In this document: positions 54,622 through 64,000 of the stretch, in pieces
How the letters are laid out: each line of letters starts with the position of its first letter
Position numbering within the stretch: the first letter of the stretch is position 1
NCBI GenBank assembly: GCA_951406725.2
Contig: OX597816.1
Coordinates: forward strand, 84,754,001-84,818,000
Length of the DNA: 64,000 nt
Reading direction: 5' to 3'
DNA from: Octopus vulgaris
Taxonomy: Eukaryota
The notes under the pieces: generated by a model
Told to the model about the DNA's origin: nothing
Database searches by the model: none
Seen by the model: the letters and a program-made list of their open reading frames with translations, nothing else
Made by a program: the position numbers and the translations under genes

Positions 54622-55425
54622 GTAAAATGAAAATATTAAAAGCATTTTATTACCGCATGTTACTAAATGATGCCTTAATGGGATCTGGTTGATTGTAAAA
54701 CAACCACTGTAGTCTACATGTTCTTGTGTTATGGATTTGATATGTTGTTTAAAGTTTTCGAACATCAACTTTTCTATCATCACCATGCTGGATTTTTGTT
54801 TCCACTCAGCTAATTTTCTGTGTAAAATACAGATAATCAAATGATTAAATAAATTTTTTCTACAGAAACATTTTTTAAGTGTATAAATAAATCCATTGTT
54901 CCTTCTTTATAAAACTCAGAATTATTAATGCATATTTTTTGCTTCGTTACTCTCATGACATATTATTTTCAAGACCAGACGCTATACATTTATCATTAGG
55001 AGAGGAACTCACCAGTCAAAGCTAACGACTCGACGGATAGAAAAAAACTATAGTCATTCGGCCCTTCTCTTGTTAAAATCAATGCGCTATATCTCCACTC
55101 GTGAAGTATAGCGTATTTATTTATAATCAGATGGACTCCGCAGTTACAGTGAAAAGTTGGAACTAGACAGGAGTCGGGAGTTCGGTTCGTCTCATGTTTA
55201 AATAAGCAGAACATTGTTGCCGTTTGTTTTTTTTTTCTTTTAGTCTATATCCGTCTAAATTTAGGGACCTAAAATAGGCGTCCGAGCTGTGTCTTTCCAA
55301 TCTCCTCACATTGAACGAAGTATTCTTCGGGCTATACGATCCAATGTATACTAAATAATTTATAATTCGAAGTAGATATTTGACTGTTATTTCTCCCAAG
55401 TTACTCTTTCGAGTAATATAATACT

Positions 55426-55638
55426 CTTTTCTACTCTAGGCACAAGGTCCAAAGTTTTGGGGGATGAGGACCAGTCGATTAGATCCAAGTACACAACTGG
55501 TACTTAATTTATCGACCCCGAAAGGATGAGCGCCAAAGTCGACATCGGCTGAATTTGAACTCAGAACGTAAAAACAGACGAAATACTTACTGCTAGACAT
55601 TTCGCCTGGCGTGCTAACGATTCTGCCACCTCACTGCC
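55426..55638 (-). mobile_element. SINE-B with 18-bp TSD
   Basis: TTCGAGTAATATAATACT at 55408-55425 and 55639-55656. Confidence 0.95.
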
Positions 55639-57542
55639 TTCGAGTAATATAATACTATAAACATCAATAGCACCAATGTAAAATTCTGAGTTCAAGCTCC
55701 CGCTGTGCAAACTGATAATCATCCCAAATTTTTGCTAGACTTATGGGAACAGAGCAGATGTTCTGTTTTGACAAGAGAACGGGATCGGAGGTTTGCAAGA
55801 GAATGGTCCCCATGCTAAAGGCTCCCAATATCCATGAGGTCACGTTAAACCAGCTTAAAAGATTACATCTGTAGCCAAAGAACAGATAAGGAACATACTC
55901 GTTAAATTTTGATGTTTCTGTTTATTTAATTTCACTCAAAAGACTTTGTAGACTCGACGTTATGGTAAAAGACTTTTGTCGAAAATTCCGGAAAAGCTAA
56001 GCAGGAAACAAGTATCTGAAAAATAAACGTATTAATCAAACAAGCATGATTACATAATTTCACGAAGAATAGTTTTATTAGCTATGTCCCAGTTGATACC
56101 CATCGTGGTAACGTTGAATATCAATCAATTATATAATACCACTAATAAGCAATTGTTAAGCACCAATAATAGAATAGAAATAAAAATTTGCCCATTCATA
56201 AGTTAAATGCAGTTATATCTGCTCACTAACATTTTGCTCCAGTATGCTTTTTGTGAAAATAGATGCAAATATTTCCATAAAAAATAACTATTGTTTTATC
56301 AGGAAGACCAGCGTCATACATTTAATGGCTTAAACGTAGGATTATAATCAGTTATACTGAAATTTGGAATTGGTTTTCCAGATCCATCCAGAACAAGAGG
56401 TTAAGTTTAACTCAGAAGAATTCGAATTCAGAAACTAAAGTGACGAACTACCAAATCTGTCAATTTTCTTCCTTAATTTCTAACATGGGCACAAAGCCAA
56501 ACATTTAGGGGGAAAAGTAATGTTGATTGCATGAACATCAGTATTGCACTGGTACATACTTTAAAGACTCCAGAGGGATGAAATACAAAGTAGCCCTTGA
56601 CAGGATTCGAGCCTCGAAAATAAAGTTAAGAAGCAACATTTTGGGAGGTATTTTGTCTAACGCTATACTTATTTTACAGTCTACACACTTTATGCCAAAG
56701 TAAATAGTAACAAATAAATTTGTTTCTCCAAACCTCTTTTCATAAATTCATCGAAACATTCCACAGCATTATATATATATATATGCATATTTATATGTGT
56801 GTGTGTGTGTGTGTGTATATAAAGATATGTAGAAACATACACACCTGCATACACACATTCATACGTACACAGACAAACAGACATACGTACATTATTGTCG
56901 TAGCCTATCGTTTGCCGAGAGCAACAAGTAGAAGTGTTAAGGCTATCTCTGTTGATGATGGAGAAAACGAATAAAAAATCACCAAGCAAACAGAAGAAGG
57001 AGAAATAAACATACAAAAGAGCTCGCTAATAAAATATCTGGTGATGCTCCAAATTTACTAAGTGCCTTAAGCTTATCTTCAGAAAACAATGCCCTAGACA
57101 AATGCACTTTATATTTTGCAAACAACCTGATCTGCTGGTAGTTAGGGGAAAAAGCCGAGAAATATTAGTGTGCTAAATATAGCTTCATTTCATGTTAAGG
57201 TACGATGCAAACAAGCAATACATAAAGTGGAAAAATAAAATATATAAGAAACGAAAAATCCTTATTTACTTACAGAACGAGCGTTTGCATGAAAGTATGC
57301 GTCAGTATCTCTATTTGACTCTCTCACTCCTGTGTGTGTATGCGTATGTGTGTCTGTATATGTGTGATGGTAAAGTTTATTTCCTTTCTGCTAGAAATGT
57401 AGTGTATTCTAGCGTTGTTGTTGAAGAGATAACTCAGTAAATAAATCCTTATTGATGCAAAGAGGCTGCAGCAGTGTTGGCTTAAAAAATACTCTATCTA
57501 GTTTCATGCAATACTCGAAATTGTTAATTTCTCCTCCACGTC

Positions 57543-57637
57543 TCTTCTTCTTCTTCTTCTTCTTCTTCTTCTTCTTCTTCTTCTTCTTTTTCTTCTTCTT
57601 CTTCTTCTTCTTCTTCTTCTTCTTCTTCTTCTTCTTC
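57543..57637. repeat. (CTT)n microsatellite
   Basis: Directly visible. Confidence 0.95.
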
Positions 57638-58321
57638 AGTTAATTCTTTTCTCACTTTCTACGATATTGACCTTCCGTTTCGACCTTGCATTTAATTAAA
57701 GACGCTATCGAAGGAGACTTTACATGGTCGCTCGATTTGGCAGAAATAGTTGCAGCCAAACCTGCTTGAAATCATTCGCTAACGTCATTTTAAACTGAAG
57801 GACACACTGAATAATACAGCACTTGACAAACTGTGCCTTGAAAAGAAAAAGGGGCGCAATTGTCAATATCGGAAAACATTTGATCATGTTACGTTTATGT
57901 ATTTGTTTCCAAGATTCTCTATGCGAAATCGTATGCTAAAAGAGATATTGTTATATTGCGGGAAGTTCACTTTTTTTACCTTTGCCAAATAGCTACTATG
58001 TGGTTATTTTGCAAACATTACCATCCCGAAATATTTGACGAAGTGTTTGATCAGTTTGGTTAAGTTAGAACTAGTTACAATCTCAGCGAATTGTAACATG
58101 TGAAATTCAGATCAGTAGGAACTAAATACCTCTCTAAAATTCAAAATACCTTGATAATATAGTTATAGACACTCCAAGCCAATACGCAAAATAAAAACAA
58201 ACAAACGTAATGCATTGTTTACAGATGTAATTCCACGAATCTAAACTTCTTAGATCTAACGCAGACGAAGTTGTAAATGAAAAAAATCAACAGTATTATA
58301 TTTGCATTTTAATACAAAGCG

Positions 58322-58611
58322 TGGAGGCGCAATGGCCCAGTGGTTAGGGCAGCGGACTCGCAGTCGGAGGATCGTGGTATCGATTCCCAGACCGGGCGTT
58401 GTGTGTGTTTATTGAGCGAAAACACCTGGTGGTGACCCCTGTTGTACTCTTTCGCCACAACTTTCTCTCTCACTCTCTCTTCCTGTTTCTTAAGTAACGC
58501 TGCGATGGACTGGCGTCCCGTCCAGCTTTGGGGGAACACATACGCCACAGAAACCGGGCCCATGAGCCTGGCTAGGCTTCAAAAGGGCGACGGTTATCGT
58601 TCTTTCTTTTT
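58322..58611 (+). mobile_element. tRNA-derived SINE with a V-domain-like core (a decayed relative lies at about 59730-59935)
   Basis: A-box TGGCCCAGTGG, B-box-like GTATCGATTCC, CTGCGATGGACTGGCGTCCCGTCCAG; TSD ATACAAAGCG at 58312 and 58612. Confidence 0.85.
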
Positions 58612-59324
58612 ATACAAAGCGGTAAGATCAGACCATTGATGAAAGCAACGGTGGCAGTGGACAACTAACGAGTGTTTATTAGTTTGCGGTTCTGAGGTTG
58701 GCTGTTTCATTAGGTTGGTCGGGCGTTTTTATTGAATCAGAATATATGTTCAAGTGAACTACATCAGCAGCTCCATGACTGGCCCTTACGAAAAAAATTA
58801 TATAAATAATATCGACTTTAGTTGGTGATTATACTAATCACTGATTCAATACTAAATTGATGAGGAACTAAATCAAAAGGACTTTAATGAAAAATCAAAA
58901 AGTCGTCGTAGATTCGTTTAGTATTGAACTTACATCAGCAGAATCTATCAGCTCACTGCTTAAACAAAAATAAAAACAGTACTTTTTTTTTTTGATGTGC
59001 AAGAGGGCAATTTCTCCTACTGGATGAACATATACAAGTGAATCGATAAGCTTTCTTCCGCGTATTTATCTGCGTCGAACCCAGAGGGATGAAAGTTAAA
59101 ATTAATCTAGATTGTATTTGAAATTACTAACGGAGAACGTTGAAACTAAATGCATGGTATCAAGCTTCCATTATAAATGTGCTGCGTAATTAGGAATGAT
59201 TAATTAAAGGAGTGTAATTAAGAAAATGCAAATTAGAATTGTGTAATGAAGAATACAAAAGAAAATATACTCGGAAATCGTTAGTGAAATTAAGCAAATA
59301 TGTTGCAATGATACAACAGATCTT

Positions 59325-59325
<1 letters not shown>

Positions 59326-59369
<44 letters not shown>

Positions 59370-59407
59370 TGCATATATATGTGTATATATATGTATTTAT
59401 ATATATG

Positions 59408-59468
<61 letters not shown>

Positions 59469-59530
59469 ATATATATATATATTCACATAAATATATATAT
59501 ATATGTATATGTATATATTATGTATGAACG
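59326..59530. repeat. (TA)n microsatellite
   Basis: Directly visible. Confidence 0.95.
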
Positions 59531-61237
59531 TATATATCCGAATGTATATGTGTAGATTTTGTCGTTAAAAGGCTGGAAGTTTATGTGGTCACTGACTGTT
59601 CTTGATATTTGATCATCAAATCAACCTAGCTGTAACCAGATTCCAGGAGATGCAGCCATTCATTACTATAAGCAGTGGTTTGAATGTAACACTAGATCCA
59701 TCTTGTTGAGATATGTATGAAAGTTGTAGAGTTGAGTGGTCTAGTTGCTAGGGTGTTGCACTTATGATCTTAAGATTGTGATTTCGATTCCTGGAGCGGG
59801 CAATGCGTTAAATTCTTAAACAAAATACTTCATTTTAGGTTTCTGCAGTCTCCTCAGTTAGCAAAAATTAGTAATATGGTGAAGTCTGGATAGGACTGGC
59901 AAGCCAGCGATAAATGGTGGGCCTGGCTAAGTAAACAAACAAACAGATAGGAACTTCTGGACTTAGCTACCTATAGGCTTACCCGGTGCCGGATATTTTT
60001 TTCCTTCTATAATTTTTCCCTTCTTTGGTAATTCGTAGGCTTTATAGTGCATTACTTAATTTGGCATGAGCAACTATTTCAAACTATACAACACTGAATG
60101 ATGTATACTTGATATTAAGTCATTCATAGAAATCCTCGCTTTAAAGAACATACGTCACTCTGACGCTAAATAACATCCGGTTGATTCAATCTATAAGTTC
60201 TCAGTAGACGTTTTAGATAGTATAAATACATAATACCATATGGATTTGACTGTTGTAAATATTTTGTGGTTTTAATTATTTTCTTACTGCATTGAGTATT
60301 ATAGGAAAAGCGCATGAAAAAGTGCTGCTTAATAGAATCATATGGAATCAAAAAGTGACATTCATATAGCTCTATCGGACAATCTAGAATTTTATTTCAG
60401 AGTATATTATTTATTTTGTGAACCATTACCGACTTCATAATATCGTTATATTTTATCAACAGTTATGTTGTTCTCGGATACCAGACACTTAACCATCAGT
60501 CTGATCACATGGAAACATTGTCTACAGCAGGAATTCTCAACCATTGTTTTTTTATGTACAGACATCTCTGATTACAATTTTATTCTGATGGACCCCACCA
60601 TAGCCATTCGATGTTTAAGAACTAGTTTTATAGAAACTTCTTTCAAAATTCCTATTTTGTTTTTCACACACATTAACCTAAACAGAGACCTAATTGCTTC
60701 TTGCAATACGTACCACTAATATATCTAAAGCAAACTTTTTTTCAGGGGCGCTTAAAGTGCTAGTTGATCCCCAATTTACTATTTTATTATGTGGACCCCA
60801 AAAATCTTACGTGGAATCACTGGTCTACAACAGTAATTCTTGTACTGTAAAATAAACAGATGTTTCGTTAGTTCGCAACTCTTAAAGTGTAATGAAAAGA
60901 CATGTTACATTAATTCCATTGTTTTAACATCATAAATAACCGCAGGAAGAGTGAAGCGGCTGATTAAGGGGAAGCATTAAGGGTTAGCTAACATTATTCA
61001 CCATTGTCTAAATAAGAAAGAACCTAACTGAATGTTTTAGTCTCTGTCTGCGGAATCATATTCATCGCCTTTGCTTGCTGAGATTTGACTAAGTAGTGTG
61101 TTATAAAGAATTGTTCATAAAAATATTGAGAGACGCTCGGAAATGAGTTTGAACCAAGAAAGTGTAGACAAACGAAATACCGTTAATTATTTTACCCAGC
61201 TCGCCGCCTTAATGATGATGATGGCGACGACGACGAG

Positions 61238-61331
<94 letters not shown>

Positions 61332-61394
61332 GTAATAATACATATGACAAACAGTAGTAACAAATGAAAATGATATCAGTAATGATGATAATAA

Positions 61395-61960
61395 TGAAAC
61401 GAAGCAGTTGGAATCTCCCTATGCTCTGATGGATGATAAAAAAAATGGTAATTGCGCAACCTGATAATCGCTACCTCATATGAGTGACAATGAAAAAACA
61501 AAATATTGTGAATAACGGTGGTAATGAAACTAAAGCCATTCATGGTGACAGTGTTACACACGGTAAGCTCAGAAACAGTGGTCCGACTCCAGCCTGTTGT
61601 TATCCAAAAAGGGACAAGCACAAACGGCGTAGATAGAACAAACAAGTCAATACTGTGGTCATGGAGTGTTACAATCTGAGTAACCCCGAAACCAAAAACG
61701 GGGGTTATCTTAGGTGATACCGATAACATATGTACCAAAATTTATTGGAGCCCTGGGAACAGTGAGTAAAACTCTTGAGAAGTACATGGAACAAATAAGG
61801 GCTGCAATAAGGTCTTACCACTTGCAGAAAACAGCACTTCTTGGAACTGCTCGAATACTCCGGATGGTGCTCGAAAAATAAAGGATACTACCTTAGTTCA
61901 CTGGTAGTGAACAGCTGGTACTGTAATACATCTCCAATGTTAGAAACTGTGCAAAGACAA
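61395..61960 (+). mobile_element. Internally deleted Dong/R4 element retaining 5' and 3' ends
   Basis: From ATG 61490: MKKQN...KRRR*NKQVNTVVMECYNLSNP...YR*HMYQ (Dong-like N-terminus), joined near 61740 to IGALGTVSKTLEKYMEQI..LQKTALLGTARILR and the 3' UTR; TAA arrays on both sides. Confidence 0.75.
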
Positions 61961-61977
61961 TAAATAATAATAATAAC

Positions 61978-62054
<77 letters not shown>

Positions 62055-62056
<2 letters not shown>

Positions 62057-62610
62057 GCCCTGATGCAGTACCAGGCAGTGGCTCTCATGGCTTCTGATCT
62101 TAACTGATTGGAAGTGTTATCATGTACATTGTTTTGTCTTGGTATAAAAGATGGGCTACAGCAAATATTCTGCTCAATACCACAGATTTGCTTGTCAGTT
62201 GTTTGACCTTAACCAGTTGAGCATGTCCCTTAGTGGCTGACAATATGTGCATCTCTGATCACGAGCAGAAGTAGTGGGGGAGCCTCATAGCCATGTGTTG
62301 AGAGGGATTCTTTGGGGTTTGAATAGTTCACCACTGGAAACATGGGTGGTTTTTTCAACATCCTTAAACAACCCTTATTCAGGGACCGTTTGAGCGGGAT
62401 GGGCTACTCAACTTGAAGAAAATTCTAACTGGGCCCCACCTGCAAGGTCATGTGCTGTTTATCTTGATATGAGATCACAATGTCGCGCACATATGGTTGT
62501 GATGCATGTGCCTGGTATACCCTTATCAGACGGGTAGTCATGATGGGTATACTGGGCTTCGTATATTTTACCCCAGTGTCACTTTGATGGCATGCTCTGC
62601 TCGCTCACTC
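62055..62610 (+). mobile_element. Orphan 556-bp non-coding element, copy 2 (longest), in a (TAA)n tract
   Basis: ATGCCCTGATGCAGTACCAGG...CTCACTC(AAT)n; highly similar to 35491-36033. Confidence 0.85.
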
Positions 62611-63345
62611 AATAATAATAATATATGGATTCGATTATTTCCAATATTTTGAACATCAGAAATAAGAACAGTACCAACTTGGTGTATAAAGGTATGCATC
62701 ATATTTCCTTATCGTTATTATATGTCACAGAAATATATTCTTCGGCAAATTTTTTCATGGATTACGGTTCGCCTTGTATAATATCTATGATTAAGAGGGC
62801 TTTGTGAGAACCATGAATTTATAAACTGATAGCAGACCATGACTGATATATTATTGATTCAGTTAGTTGTACTTTAACTTATTAATGAAACTTATTTTAT
62901 TCATTCTAAGATAGATGAAAAAAAAAATATCGACCACGGCGGATTTTAACTTCGAAAGTAGATAATTTGGTTTCATTTGATTTGGAACAAGACCAAAATC
63001 TTCAGGTTTAGGGAATACCACCAATTGAATCGATTCCAGATTTTTATAAGTACATAATTTATCGACTAGAGAGAAATAGAAGATAAAACGCAGCGTTCCA
63101 GAATTTCAGCTGAGAACATAGTAATTTATTTTGTATTCTTTTTAATCAAGAGAAAAATGAGCAGTGGCCACAGTCACTGCATGCCCTAAAATACTAGAAG
63201 AAAATTAAGGTTAATGTATAAACTGAACCTTGATGTAACAGGTTTGACCTGAATGCTCAAAACAGTGGACAGCTAAACAAATGACCTGGTGTAACTGTCG
63301 TTGTTGTATTCGTCGATCGGTCACAGATTCAAGCTTAGCAGGCTC

Positions 63346-63730
63346 AACCAGTAGTTCATTCCCTTAGTGGCTAACCATATGTGCATCTTTGCTCACAAGC
63401 AGGAGTAATGGGGAAGCATCATAGCCGCGTGTTGTGAGAAATGCTTTTGGAGTTTAAATAATTCACTCTTGGTAACATAACTGTGTCGTTAATCATCCTT
63501 AAACAAACCTTATTCAGGGGACTTTTAGATGGGATGGGCTTCTCTACCAGAAGAAAATTCGAACTGAGCCCCACTTGCAAAGTCATGCTCTGTCTATCTT
63601 GATATGAGGTCACTTTGTTGCACGCATGAGGTTGTGGTGCATGCGCCTGGTGTACCCTTATCAGGCAGGTAGTAATGTTGGGTATATTGTGCTTCGTATA
63701 TTTGTATGTAAGCTTGTGCTGCTCTCTCTC
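63346..63730 (+). mobile_element. Orphan element copy 3, 5'-truncated and more diverged
   Basis: Collinear with 62210-62610; ends CTCTCTC-AATAATAAT. Confidence 0.8.
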
Positions 63731-63736
63731 AATAAT

Positions 63737-64000
63737 AATCCTTTCTAATATAGGCGCAAGTCCTGAAATTTGGAGGAGGGGACTAGTCGATTACATCGAC
63801 CCCAGTACGAAGCTGGTACTTAATTTATCGACCGCGAAAAGATGAAAGACAAAGTCGACCTCAGCGGAATTAGAACTCAGAACGTAAAGACAGACGAAAT
63901 ACCTATTTCTTTACTGCCCACAAGAGGTTAAACACAGAGAGGACAAACAAGGACAGACAAACGGATTAAGTCGATTATATCGACTCCAGTGCGCAACTGG
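63737..64000 (-). mobile_element. SINE-B tandem dimer with two different tails, running off the window end
   Basis: Minus strand ...TGTGGGCAGTAAAGAAATAGGTATTTCGTCTG...TAGAAAGGATTATTATT. Confidence 0.88.

Noticed and set aside
58325-58400. tRNA-like sequences (also 39611, 47330-47405 and the SINE-A heads)
   Set aside because: No complete cloverleaf or acceptor stem; they continue into SINE bodies, some with TSDs.
61376-61738. 120-aa hydrophobic minus-strand ORF
   Set aside because: Antisense to the Dong/R4 N-terminal region.

Overview
AT-rich, repeat-dense animal genomic DNA, almost certainly from an octopus (coleoid cephalopod). This is inferred from the tRNA-derived SINE families and the LINE mix of Dong/R4, L1-Tx1 and Penelope. 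No intact protein-coding gene, rRNA, true tRNA or CRISPR array can be supported, and nearly all ORFs in the track are microsatellite or antisense-transposon artefacts. Mobile elements present: about 40 SINE copies from three families (called A, B and C here), two decayed Penelope-like elements (RT plus GIY-YIG), several Dong/R4 fragments including an internally deleted copy with both ends, L1/Tx1 ORF1 and ORF2 fragments, a pogo/Tc2-type element with TIRs and TA TSD, two head-to-tail non-autonomous Helitrons, and a 556-bp orphan element found three times in (TAA)n tracts. The most interesting signals are: (1) SINE-B appears to target its own head (GGTAT) and shares a 3' end with the local Tx1 LINE; (2) SINE-SINE and SINE-LINE chimeras, one inside a single TSD; (3) the orphan TAA-associated element; (4) a palindromic two-way Helitron 3' end with apparent LINE ORF1 capture; (5) a hammerhead-like remnant and a long hairpin next to Penelope; (6) a few weak host-gene candidates (an ITAM-like terminal exon, a signal-peptide-like exon, an RFX/ETS/NRF1 motif cluster). 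Family assignments come from motif recognition only, and many boundaries are approximate.
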